Shown here: positions 51,095 through 62,454 of the stretch, in pieces
Numbering within the stretch: the first letter of the stretch is position 1
Layout of the letters: each line of letters starts with the position of its first letter
Assembly: GCF_963921235.1 (NCBI RefSeq)
Contig: NC_086108.1
Coordinates: forward strand, 64,668,001 to 64,732,000
Reading direction: 5' to 3'
Source: Mobula hypostoma
Taxonomy: Eukaryota
Length of the DNA stretch: 64,000 bases
Notes under the pieces: generated by a model
Database searches by the model: none
Told to the model about the DNA's origin: nothing
The model's input: only the letters and a program-made list of their open reading frames with translations
Translations under genes and position numbers: made by a program

Positions 51095-52667
51095 CAGGTT
51101 TCCCCCACCATCCGAAGGTAGAGCATTCCTATGAAACGGTTCGTAAGCTGAAATGTCGTAAAGCGAAGAAGCAATTACCATTTACTTATATGGGAAAATT
51201 TTGTGAGCGTTCGCAGACCCAAAAATAACCTACCAAATCATGCCAAATAACACATAAAACCCAAAATAACAGTAACATATAGTAAAAGCAGGAATGATAT
51301 GATAAATACACAGCCTATATAAAGTAGAAATACTTTTCCAGAATCATTACTGCAATGTTCTCCATAGCGAAAATCTCATGCAAGCGCCGTCGGCAGAAAA
51401 TCTCACGCAAGCGCTGTTGGCAAAAACACGGCGCAAGTGCTCTCCAGTAACCTTTAAGCTATGAAGCTGCCAAATCATACCAAATAACATGTAAAAATAC
51501 ACAGCCTACATAAAGTGGGAATAATGTATGTACAGTGTAGTATCACTTACTGGAATCGGGAAGACAGCGCTGAGCACACTGATGATGGTGTGTTAGGCTG
51601 AGTCGGAGTTTGGGTGGTGCAGTGGCCCCCACCCTCCAGGCCGCCGGGCGATACATTGCCGCGAAGCATGCAGGGGTGCAGCGGTAGCCGGGAGGCACAC
51701 AGCACATCTTTAGGAAAAAAGCCGAAACAAACATGCTAATTAATTAGGTGCTGCCCAGCACGTAATTGTCAGCCCAGATCAGTGCCGATTTCCGATTGCA
51801 TCGTCTCTGATCTGGGCCGACAGTTACGGGTCTGTGGCACCTAATTAATTAGCATGTTTATTTCGACTTTTTTCTTAAAGATGGGCTGTGTGCCTCCCAG
51901 CTACCGTTGCATTCCCCGGGAATTGGTATCCGTCCGTGGCCTTGGGGTTGGGCTGGTGGGACACTGGGGTGTCATCTCGTCGTCGTCTGTTTCCATTAGG
52001 GTAAGCAGGTCATCTTCTATCTCTGCCCGCCTCGATGTCGAAGGTCGAGGTTCGTCGTCTGCTGTGGCTGATGTGGAAGGCTTGCTTGACTGCTGAGCTG
52101 CGCACATTTTTCTATCACACAGTTCTTTGTAAGGACTCAAACCATCCTGCAAATATCCCCTAAACCAATGTACCCTTTCAAAATTAAAGTCGTACTTTAT
52201 CATTACTCATTCGGTTTCGAATGTTATCCTTTTTTCTTCCAATTGCATCAGCTCTTCATCTATCAGTTCTTGGTCATGGGATGCCAAAACTCTTCAACAT
52301 CATGTTCGTCAGCTTCCACAAGCCAAACTCACTTTGTCCTTACTTCGTTCACCACGATTGAAACGCTTAATTATGTCTAGTTTTATGCTAAGTGTAACAC
52401 CCTTACAAGCTCTTTTAGGCTTTTCCGATACTATAGAACTCATCTTGCAAACGACTGCTCACAGGCCTGTGTTTAAGCAATGTCGGCGAGAACGCAGTTC
52501 CGAATCCAGGGGAGAGCGGCTGCCTTTTATCACGCGCTGATTTTTTCGCGCACTTTTTTTTAGTAACAGTGAAAACACCTTCTGAAAGCGAAAACAGGGT
52601 AGTAATGTAGGTCTTTCGTAACAGTGAGGTTTCATAAAGTGAACGTTTGAAAAGTGGGGGACATCTG
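51095..52667 (-). mobile_element. Tigger/pogo-family DNA transposon, internally deleted
   Basis: TA dinucleotides at 51093-51094 and 52668-52669. TIRs caggtttccccc / gggggacatctg. Minus-strand N-terminus KRACKGVTLSIKLDIIKRFNRGE and C-terminal acidic region HDQELIDEELMQLEE...DFNFER...LSPYKEL. DDE domain absent. Confidence 0.88.
51673..51916. repeat. Long inverted repeat (~110-bp arms, ~24-bp loop) inside the Tigger
   Basis: 51673-51782 is the reverse complement of 51807-51916 with scattered mismatches. Confidence 0.92.
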
Positions 52668-54094
52668 TATATGCAGCCACAGCCTTGCTCTTGGAACCAC
52701 AATATTGATATGACTGGTCCAAATGAGTTGATGATCAGATGTCACTTTTAGGATGCTGATATTTGGAAAAAATGATGCTCATAATAATAAATGTCAAGGA
52801 TAAATGGCTATACTCACCTTATTGGAGTTGGTCATTGATGGCTCTTCTGTGATACAAATGTTACTATTTATCAACCTATGCCTGAAAGCTATTCTGGTCT
52901 TGCAGCATGCAGACATGGATGGCTTCATTTTCTTTATTGTACAATCATTAGGGAATATTCTCCACTTCTAAATTTATGGATGATCTTTCTGAAGAAACTG
53001 AAGATAATTGGGACTAGGGCATTGCCCTGGTGGATTCCTGCAGCAGCATCCTGTGTTTGGGATATCTAACAACTGTTTGCTTTTGTGTACGGCATGAGTT
53101 GTAACCACTGAAGTGTTTACCCTTTGGTCCATTTACTTCAGTTTTATCATGTACCCTTGATGCAACATTTACTGACAAATGCAGACACTCTAGAATTTAG
53201 GCTCGTGGTAAATTTTGTAAGGCTGTTGCCTAAAATGGGTGATTGGGGAGCAGATTATTGGTGAAGAAGTGTAACTTGATTGCACTGTTTATGAAACTGT
53301 TCATCACTTTACTGGTGATTCAGAGTAAACTGGTCGATTAGGCGGAAATTTACTAGAATAGACTTGGCCTACTTGTGAAACTTTTATAGCTATGTCATTG
53401 TATTTTATTCAAAATATATTTCAACCAGCTGAAGGGTTTGTGTTTGGTAAAAGTGTTTAATTGAAGTCAAGGCAAGACAAATTTTAGAAACTACTGGTGT
53501 AAAAACTAACATCCTGTCATACTCCCAATACTGGCATAGCGTTGCTTCAAAATCCAGAAGTTTGAAAGATTCTGGCTGTGCCTAACTCTCCCTTTAAAAA
53601 TACAGTTAGATTTAATCTAATACCACTATAATCAAGCTGTTGACCTTGTATTCTGAATTTTTGGAGATTCCTTGAAAATTCTGACCACAGGCAATCTTTA
53701 AATTTTATAGGATTATTAGCCTTAAAGCTACTAATATTACTTGCAGTTTTCATGAAAACTTTGGTTTTCTACTATCCCATCTGTTTATATTGGCAGCAGG
53801 CAAAGGGAGCCCAATAGGCTCATATACACCATGTTATCACTAGCTGTCAAGCTGCAAGTAAGATAGCTTGTGGAGAAAACAGTTAAATACTGTATTTGAT
53901 TTTTAAAAACTAGTGCTGAACCTGTCAAATACTTAAAGTACTTTCTGATTTAGAAATGAAATTTTCTTATGTCCAAAATAAAGTAACCCATTACATATTT
54001 TGCAACAATATTATTTACCAGCTCTAGGATATTGGTAGAAATCTTAAATTTATCAGAAGCTTCGGAGTTTAAGTCAAACTTCCTAAACAGGAGA

Positions 54095-54420
54095 TATTAC
54101 TGAGGCTCACATTCCAGTACAGGAAAGAGGTTGTTTCACTGTTTGAGATAATTTCTTTCATCAGGGAGATTAAATCCATCCTTTCTCATGGACACAAAAG
54201 GTTCAATAATGTTGCTGAAAGAAGTCCAGCTAATAGCTGCCTCATGTGGAATGTTTACCTCTTGACTAATATAATTAAAACTACTTATTATTACGTTTGC
54301 TGAGCATTTGCTGTGTGCAAATTGACAACATTTTTTCCTACATTTCTGCAATGTCTACACTTCAGAACTGTTTAATCATTAAGTACTTTTAAGAGATTAT
54401 AGTGCATTCATAATTCTCTA
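54095..54420 (+). mobile_element. Ancient Deu-domain SINE remnant
   Basis: ttgctgtgtgcaaattgacaacattttttcctacatttctgcaatgtctacacttcag resembles the 29920-30190 copy. Confidence 0.5.
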
Positions 54421-55299
54421 TGTGATCTAATCTTCATCACAGTGTCATGGGATCCCAAGTAGTGTTCCTTAATTCTGTCAGAACTGTGAACTATCCAAAC
54501 CAGAGCCATTTCCTGGTGTTACTGTAGACTGCAAAAATCTCCTATGCCAACTTGGTGCAATCAGGTGTGGGCTCTGGGATCCATTTGCCAGTCAGCTAAG
54601 GAGATATGGGAACTGATCAATGTTGTCAGGGACTGGAAGAGCTGATGTGTTAATAGATGAGAGAGACAGGGATCCATTCACTGGTTAGCTAAAGGGTTGA
54701 GAGATCTGGCTGACATCTAGGAGACATTGGTCCACTTATTTAGTGTCCCTGTTAATGAAGTTAGTACTGATTCCTGGCATCAATGTGCACTGTTATTAAA
54801 GTATACGCTATCAACGGTAGATACTTCACCATCCTAGGATCAAGATCCTTAAATTCCAAAAAGAAACTATATAGTGCGAGTATGCACGCCAGAGGTTTAG
54901 CAGTATTGAAATTTGTAGCACTCTTTGGAAAGTACTTGGCAGTCAGCGACTTGATAGGGAACATCACAGTCTCTTTTCCTTTGTAGTCACAAAATTCCAG
55001 GAAGGGTCATCAAAAAGCAATGAAGGACTTTTCAGGTTATCCCACTCATTCTCTGAAAACCTGAGCTGAGCCATTGTTTATTAAGAGGCTTGAATTGCAA
55101 ACAAGGATGCAAAGTAAAGAAATAAAGAGGATTGTAGGATTTAAAATAGTAGACACGTGGAACTGAATTTGTTTACTTTCAAATTAGAAAAAGAAATTGA
55201 GCTTGATGTAAACCTGGTGTCAATTTGGCAGGCAGGTGAACACCAGACTGTCGCATTGTAAAGGAGAACAAAAGGGCTGGGAGTGAAGGAGTACTTGAG

Positions 55300-56214
55300 C
55301 AAGAAATCACAGTTTTAAATAGGCCCAGACCACCGTGTATGTATATAAGCATACAAAGAGTATTAAACACAAAGGAAGAGCTGCAAGCACAGTTAGCTGT
55401 GTGGAGCTGTGATGCAACAAACTTGGAGATCAGGTGAAAAAATGGGCAGGTTTGTGTCCTAAATATTCTTGAATGAAAATTTTCAGGAATGATAGGAAAG
55501 GAAAGAAGGTAGGAAGAAGAAACTGCTGAAATCTTGTCAAAGAAAGATGTGGCTGAGATAATGGACAGGCCAAAAACAGTAAATATTGGGAAGGCAATTA
55601 AAGTGGATAAATCAACTCCTGTACTCATCCCAGATTGCTGAGAGGAGTAAGGCAGGAAATGGTGGAAGCATTGGTCATTATCTTCCAAACAAGGAATGGA
55701 GCCCAAGGGGAAAAAATGTACAAGGATATATCAGCAAACAACAAAGCCAGTTGGTTTAGCCATTCAGATAGGGTGGAATTCTTAAGAAATTATAATCAGG
55801 ACAGAATCAGCAAGTTGGTCAAGCCAACATCAATATGTTAAAGGCAAGTCATGTTTAACTAACTTACTAAAGCTTTTCTGTGAGGTAAGTAGAGAGGACC
55901 AGTGAGAGAGGTGTAGTTGATGTGGTATATGTGGACCTCCAAAAGGCCTGTAGTAAAGTGTGGCAAAACAGACTTATCATCAACACTAGTGAAGAATAGC
56001 GTCCTGAGGGATCAATACTAGAACCACGTTGTTTTTCCATTACTTAAGGGCAATTTCAAAAGAAGTAGGGAAAGCAAAACTTAAAATGTACAGTAGTGAA
56101 CTCCGAGGTTGATAAGTTTCAAGAGGTAGGCTAATGGAATGGGCATTCATGTGACAGAAAAGATCTAAAGCAGATCATGGCAAAATATTGTATTTCAGTA
56201 GTGAGAAAAAGACA
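55300..56214 (+). mobile_element. Old, heavily deleted CR1 ORF2 remnant
   Basis: IKVDKS, HPRLLRGVRQEMVEALVIIFQ, KGKSCLTNLL, VDVVYVDLQKA. Confidence 0.6.
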
Positions 56215-56223
56215 ATCTAAATA

Positions 56224-57710
56224 AAGGCAACACACACAAATGCTGGAGGAACTCAGCAGGCCATGCACATCTATGCAAAAGAGTTAACAGTTCGGGACTG
56301 GAAAAAATGATGAGGTCAGAACAAGAAGGTGGGGGGAGGTGAGGAAAAAGTACATGGAGGTAGGTGATGGGTGAAACTAGGATGGGGGAGGAGTGAATTA
56401 AAGAGCTAGGGGTGATTTGTGAAAGAGGTAAATGGCTGGAGAAGGGGGAATCTGATAGGAGAGGGTTGAAGACCATGGAATAGAGGGAAGGAGGAGAAGC
56501 ACCAGAGGGAGGTGATGGACAGTTAATAGATAAGGTGAAAGAGAGAAATGGGAATGGTGAAGGGGGGGCGGGATCAATTACCAGAAGTTCAAGAAACCGA
56601 TGTTCATGCCATCAGGTTGGAGGCTACCGAGACGCAATATAAGGTGTTGCTCCTCCAACCTAAGTGTGGCCTCATCATGACAGTAGAGGAGCCCATAGAC
56701 TGACATTTTGGAATGGGAAATAGAATTGAAATCGGTGGCTACCGACAGATTCCACTTTTTCTGGTGGACAGAGCATAGGTGCTCGGCAAAGTGGTCTCCC
56801 ACTCTACATCGGGTCACACTGGGACCACCGGATACAGTAGATGACCCCATCAGACTCACAGGTGAAGTGTTACCTCACCTGGAAGGACTGTTTGGGGCCC
56901 TGTATGATGGTGAGGGAGGTGGTGTAGGGGCAGGTATGGCACTTGTTCTGCTTGCAAAGAGAAGTACTAGGAGGGAGATCAGTGGGGAGGGACGAATGGA
57001 CAAGAGAGTCATGTAGGAAGCGATCCCTGCAGAAAACAGAAAGTGGGGGACAAGGAAAAGTTGTGCTTGCTGGGGGTCCCATTGGAGATGGCGGAAGAAA
57101 CAGAGAATTATGTGCTGGATACAGAAGCCTCCCTGCTAGCCTCCTCATCCAGTACATAATTGTCAGTAACTTCCGCCATTTCTAATGCGATCCCAGCACC
57201 AGGCACATATTTCCCTCCCCCCCCCCACCCCGCCTTTCCGCTTACAGTCTGTCTGGGTAGCCTGCAGCTGGATGGCATGAACATTGATTTCTTGAACTTC
57301 CGGTAATTCCCCCCCCCCCCCACTTCACCATTCCTCCATTCACATTTCCCTCTCTCACTTTATCTCCTTACCTGTCCATCACCTCCCGCTGGTGCTCCAA
57401 CCCCCTTCCCTTTCTTTCATGGTCTTCTATCAGATTCCCCCTTCTCCAGCTCTTTATCTCTTTCACCAATCAAACTCCCAGCTCTCTACTTCACCCCTTC
57501 CCCCCCCCGACTTCGTCTATCACCGACCACCTTGTGCTTCTTCTTCCCATCCCACCCACCTTCTTGTCCTGACTCCTCATCTTTTTTTCCCAGTCCTGAT
57601 GAAGGGTCTCAGCCCGAAACATCGACTGATATGCCTGGCCTGCTGAGTTCCTCCAGCATTTTGTGTGGGTTGCTTGAATTTCCAGCATCTGCAGCTTTTC
57701 TGTGTTTGTG
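56224..57710. mobile_element. Penelope-like element with inverted architecture (minus arm 56224-57130 with GIY-YIG; plus arm 57130-57710 with terminus)
   Basis: Minus ORFs LCKQNKCHTCP and RVGDHFAEHLCSV...EATLRLEEQHLILRLGSLQPDGMNI. TSD atctaaata at 56215-56223 and 57711-57719. Confidence 0.88.
57591..57628 (+). ncRNA. Minimal hammerhead motif with one stem III change
   Basis: cagtc CUGAUGA a gggu cuca gccc GAA ACAU C gacug. Stem I is a perfect 5 bp and stem II is intact, but ACGU has become ACAU. Confidence 0.6.
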
Positions 57711-57949
57711 ATCTAAATAGAAGATTTACTCCCTAGTAGGAATAAATCTCCCAATCCTTGGGGGCGGGGGGGGGGGAGAAATGTTGAACATTGGGAAAGG
57801 ATGGATGATAGGACTTGCAGAATTATTCTTACTTTGATCATTGTAAACTCAGTGGGTTGAACCCTTTCTTTCCATGCTGTAACCTTTATGTGATTCTCTT
57901 AAATTAGCAAAGCATAAATGCTGCAGATATGCATCAGCTGTTCACCTGA

Positions 57950-60280
57950 GAGTCAGAGTCATTGGGTAATACAGCAAGCGAACAGGTCGCTCAGCCTAAC
58001 TGGTGCATAATGACTACAGCATACTTCCTGTTAGTTCCAGTTGCCCATATTCGGCCAATAATTCTCCAAACCCCACCCCTACATGTACCTGTGCAGATGT
58101 CTCTAATTGTACCAAGTTCAACCACTTCTTCTGACAGTTCATTCCAGGTATTCAACTACCCTCTGTGTGAAGAAGTTACCTCTTGGGTTTCATTTAAATC
58201 TCTCCCCTCTTATATTGCATCTGTGCCCTGCAGATTTTGACTTTCCAACCCTGGGGAAAAAAACTATGATGCATGTCCACCTTAGTCATACCCTTCACAG
58301 TTTTATTAACATCTGTGAGGTCTTCCTTCATTCTACTATACTCTGGGGAATAAAGATCCAGTGTGGCTAGCCTCTCCTTATACCTCAGGCCCTCGATTCC
58401 AGGCTGCATCCTTCTAAATTTCTTCTGTATTTCTCCAGCTTAGCAATGTCTTTCCTTTAACACAGGGACCCACAGACCCCTTGCTTTATGGTACTGGCCC
58501 ATGGCATAAAGAAGGTTAGGGACCTCTGCTGTAACAGGGTGACCAAAACTATATACAATGCTGTAAGTGTGGTCTCTCTATTGTATTTAATAACTGCAAC
58601 ATAATGTCTCTCCTCCTGAATTTGATGTCGTGACTGATGAAGATCAGTATGCTTAATGCCTTCGTTGCCAGCATAACTGCTTGTGTGGCTACTTTCAGTG
58701 AACTCCACTCTTGTACCCTTGGTTCCACATTGTTCTTCAGTGCCCTGCTGTTCACTGTACAAAACTTATCTTGGTTTGACTGTCCAAAGTGTATCATTCA
58801 CACTTCCATAAGTAGAAATCCATTTGCTATTCCTCAGCTGATCAAGATCTCATTGTAACTTGCTTCATGATCAGCATGATCCCCCTATCAGCAGCAAATT
58901 TGCTAATTATGACATGTACATTCTTATCAAAATCATTTACATAAATAATGATAACAAAGGACCCAAGAACTGGCCTCTGAGCACCCCACGAGTCACAGGC
59001 CTCCAGTTAAGGAATTGCCCTTCAACAGTCAAGGCTTGCTGTCTTTGATCAAATTCTGAATCCACCTTTCTAGCTCTGCCTGAATCATATGTGACCTAAC
59101 CTTCCAGATCAACCTGCCATGTGGCACCTTGCCAAGGGTCTTATTTACGTCCATAAAAGCAATATCCAGTGCCCTACCTTCATCTATTCCCTCAGTTATC
59201 TCTTCAAAAAATTCACCAGACATGATCCCATTCCCAAAAACTATGCTGACTATCCCTGATCAGTTCTTGATTATTCAAGTGCTGGTAGATCTTGTCTCTC
59301 GGAATTTTCTCCAATAAGTTCCCTACAACAGAAATCAGACTCACCAGCTGTAGTTCCCTGGCCTGTCTTTGTTGCCCGTCTTGAACAACGGAGCAATGCC
59401 ACCTGTCTTCTGGAACTTCATCAATGGCTTATGACAAAGCAAATATTTCTACAGGGGCCCCTACGGGTTTTATTTTCCCCATGGTCTCCCACAGGATCTC
59501 GCTCAGGCTCAGAGATTTTCCCACTTTAATATCCTTCAAAGCTGCAAGTACCTCCTTCCTTGTAATATGCATATTATTCAAGACCTCCCTACCTATTACC
59601 GTCATTTCTTTGGCATCCAAATATTCTCCTTGGTAAAGACTGAGCAGAAATTAACATTGAAAATCTCAGCCATCTCCTGTGGTTCCACACATAAGTGGCC
59701 CTGATGATCTTTAAGATGATATTGTCTCTCCTTAGTTACCCTTTTACTATTGATATATCTGAAGAAACTCTTGGGATTATCTTTAATTCTTCCTAGCAAA
59801 CCCATCCCATAGCCTCTTTTCACTTTCCTAATTTTTCTCTTAAGTCTGGTCTACAACTTTGTATGTTCGTCAAGGGACTCATTCATACCCAGCTGCCTAA
59901 ACACAATGTACACTTCCTCCTTTTGTCCTTATCAGAAGCATAATATTTTTCATCAACCAGGGTTCCCTGAACTTCGTCCGTCTTCCCCCAACAGGAACAT
60001 GCTGTCTCTGGACTCCTGATATGACCTTTTTAAAAGCCAACTATTCCATTGCCTTAAAATAGAGTTTTCCAGTTGGCCCCAACTAGATCCTGTCTAATGC
60101 CCTCAAACTTGGTCCTACTCCAGTTCAGGCCTTACCTTTTTTCTGTTTCCATAACTGTTTTAAAATTAATAGAATTATTGTCACTGGACCAAAAGTGCTT
60201 CCCAATTGCCAATTCAGTTACTGGCCCTGCCTTTTTACCCAAGAGTATTTCTGATATTGCTCCTTCCCAGGTAGGTTCCT
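57950..60280 (-). mobile_element. CR1 LINE, decayed ORF2 (APE C-end plus RT)
   Basis: Minus ORFs IKDNPKSFFRYINSKR, LKDIKVGKS, EFFEEITEGIDEGRALDIAFMD...KVPHGRL, ERPHLQHCI. Tail at 57950. Confidence 0.85.
58463..58528. mobile_element. 66-bp hAT/Charlie-type MITE in CR1
   Basis: Ends caggg... / aaggttagggacctctg. 8-bp near-TSD ctttaaca (58455-58462) / ctgtaaca (58529-58536). Confidence 0.65.
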
Positions 60281-60282
60281 TT

Positions 60283-60835
60283 ATAAGACCATAAGACAAA
60301 GGAGCAGAGTTCAGCCGTTCAGCCCACTGAGTCTGTTTTGCCATTCCATCATGGCTTTGAGTATTATCCCACTCAATCACATTCCCCTGCCTTATCTGCA
60401 TAACCTTTGACACCCTGACTAATCAAGAACCTATCAACCTATACTTAATGACTTGGACTCCACGGCTGTCCGTGGCCTTGAATTCTACAGAGTCTGCATC
60501 CTCTGGCTAAAGAAGCTCCTTCTCACCTCTGTTCTAAGTAGACATGGCCACTGGTCCTAGAGTCACCTACTATAGGAGCCATCCTCTCTAGGTGCACTCT
60601 ATCTAGACCTTTCAGTGTTCGATAGGTTTCAATGAGATCCCCCCCCCATTCTTCTAAATTCCAGCAAGTACAGGCCCAGAGCCATCAAACACACATCATA
60701 AATTAACTCTTTCATTCCCGGAATAATTCTTGTGAACCTCCTCTTGAAACTCTCCAAAGCTAGCACATCTTTTGTTAGATAAGGGGCCCAAAACTGCCCT
60801 CAATATTGCAAGTGTAGTCTGACCAATGCCTTATA
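60283..60835 (-). mobile_element. CR1 3' fragment
   Basis: ataagaccataagac tail. Minus strand reads YKALVRLHLQYxGQFWAP. Confidence 0.85.
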
Positions 60836-60837
60836 GA

Positions 60838-60965
60838 TGTGGCATGGAATGCAGTGGTTAGCACAACGCTTTACAGTACCAGTGACCTGGGTTCAATTCC
60901 CGCCACTGTCTGTAAGGATTTCTACGTCCGCCCCATGACCGCGTGGGTTTCATCCAGGTGTTCAC
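60838..60965 (+). mobile_element. tRNA-derived SINE head (HE1/V-SINE-like), 3'-truncated
   Basis: gcagtggttagc (A box), gggttcaattccc (B box), then ctgtaagga...gcgtgggttt as in the 74-371 copy. Confidence 0.7.
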
Positions 60966-61074
60966 TGATTAGGAAGGAGGTTTGGAAGACATTCCCATAG
61001 GATGCTAAGTAAGTAGTATGGAGTCTATGATAATTTTGTAAATTATTGTAATAAATGGTTTTATTTTGGTCCAT

Positions 61075-61255
61075 GATTTCTGCCTGCTTGTGCTCCTCCC
61101 CTTCCTCCTGCCCACCCACCTTTTTATTCTGGCTTCTGGCCCCTTTTTTTCCAGTCCCGATGAAGGGTCTCAGCCCAAAACATTGTCTGTTCATTTCCCT
61201 CCATCAGTGCTGTCTGGTTTGCTAATTTCCTCCAGCATTTTGTGTGTGTTGCCCA
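61075..61255 (+). mobile_element. PLE terminal repeat with dead hammerhead (61152-61189)
   Basis: cagtcccgatgaagggtctcagcccaaaacattgtctg followed by the PLE tail. Confidence 0.78.
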
Positions 61256-61744
61256 TACTTTCCTATGTTACATTTTTAATCCAATATTTTCTAATGCCTT
61301 TGTGTAATATAATGTGGTACATTGAGTTCCTGCCAGATTTTTACCAGCTCTAATATAAGTACTTCCAAAATCATTCATGTTTCTAATCCCTCTCACTTAT
61401 TTATTTTAAGCCACTATCTATTAATGATTACAAATTATCAGGTTAAAAGGGGCAAGATTTTCCAACATTTCATATGTATTACAAGTACAAAATCAAAAAT
61501 CTTTTAATGGAGACACCAGCATAAACTTACAGCTTCCCAAATGCATAACAGGGTTCCAAAGCATGTGATGGAAGCAGTTACAATTGAAATGAACAGCTAC
61601 TTTCTGACAGGGAACCTAACTTTCTGTGAGGTCATGGAGATAGGTGTGATGATGAAGTGTAAGTGGAGGCTCATGTGGAACATAACTTAACCCTTAGAAA
61701 GTCGTAAGGAGCCTATGGCTTAGAAATGAGGAAAATTTCAAAGT

Positions 61745-62103
61745 GTCATAGAGAAGTACAGCATAGAAACAGGACCTTTGGCCCATCTAGTTCATGCCAA
61801 AACCATTTAAACTGCCTACTCCCATCGACCTGCACCGGGACCATTCCCCTTCATACCCCTGCTATCCACATACCTATCCAAACTTCGCTTAACGTTGAAA
61901 CCAAGCTCACATGGACCACTTGTGCTGGCAGCTCATTCCACACTCTCCCGATCCTCTGTGAAGAAGTTTCCCCTCGTGTTCCCCTTGAACTTCTCATCTT
62001 TCGTCCTTAAGCTATGACCTCTGGTTGTAGTCCCACCCAACATCTTTGGAAAAAGCTTGGATTTATCCTATCCGTACACTTAACAATTCTGTATGCCTCT
62101 ATC
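61745..62103 (-). mobile_element. CR1 3' fragment
   Basis: gtcatagagaagtacagcatagaaacaggacctttggccc; homologous to the reverse complement of 38750-39110. Confidence 0.8.
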
Positions 62104-62454
62104 ATTATTCCTTCAGGTTCTTTCTGTCTTTCATTAAGAATATTGGATCAGTTTACTGGTTGGTGGATAGTTAGTTTAAGTTTTAATATTTTATCTTCAG
62201 TTACTGGAAATGAAATTGTGTAAGTTTCATATGGATCTTTAACACATTTATATTATATTTTCATTTTTAAGGATATGAATATTTCTATTAAATAATTTAC
62301 AGGAATGATAGAAATCAATAAATCATCTGAACCATTCTCTTAAAGACTATGTCTTTGTTGCTTGACTAAAATGATCAGCTTACTCATGGGTATCAACCAT
62401 CTGACTCTCATTCCATTGAAGTGTAGTTTAACTAAAGCAGAGAGAATTCTGATA

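Larger units (their letters stand above)
50850..53400 (-). mobile_element. Very old CR1/L2-group LINE (same family as 14690-15205), split by the Tigger
   Basis: cttgagtgttgttgaagctgc...ctttaggattttaggtga resembles 15095-15200. Similar decayed sequence continues right of 52669. Confidence 0.5.

Noticed and set aside
54783..54986. 67-aa ORF considered as a host exon
   Set aside because: FTILGSRSLNS...HARGLAVLK resembles the decayed C-terminus of the LINE family seen at 14690-15205, and there are no convincing splice sites.
55179..55706. 175-aa minus-strand ORF
   Set aside because: Antisense to a decayed purine-rich CR1 remnant, with no recognisable domain.
60838..60910. tRNA gene candidate
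   Set aside because: A and B boxes are present but I could not form a cloverleaf, and it continues into SINE body sequence.
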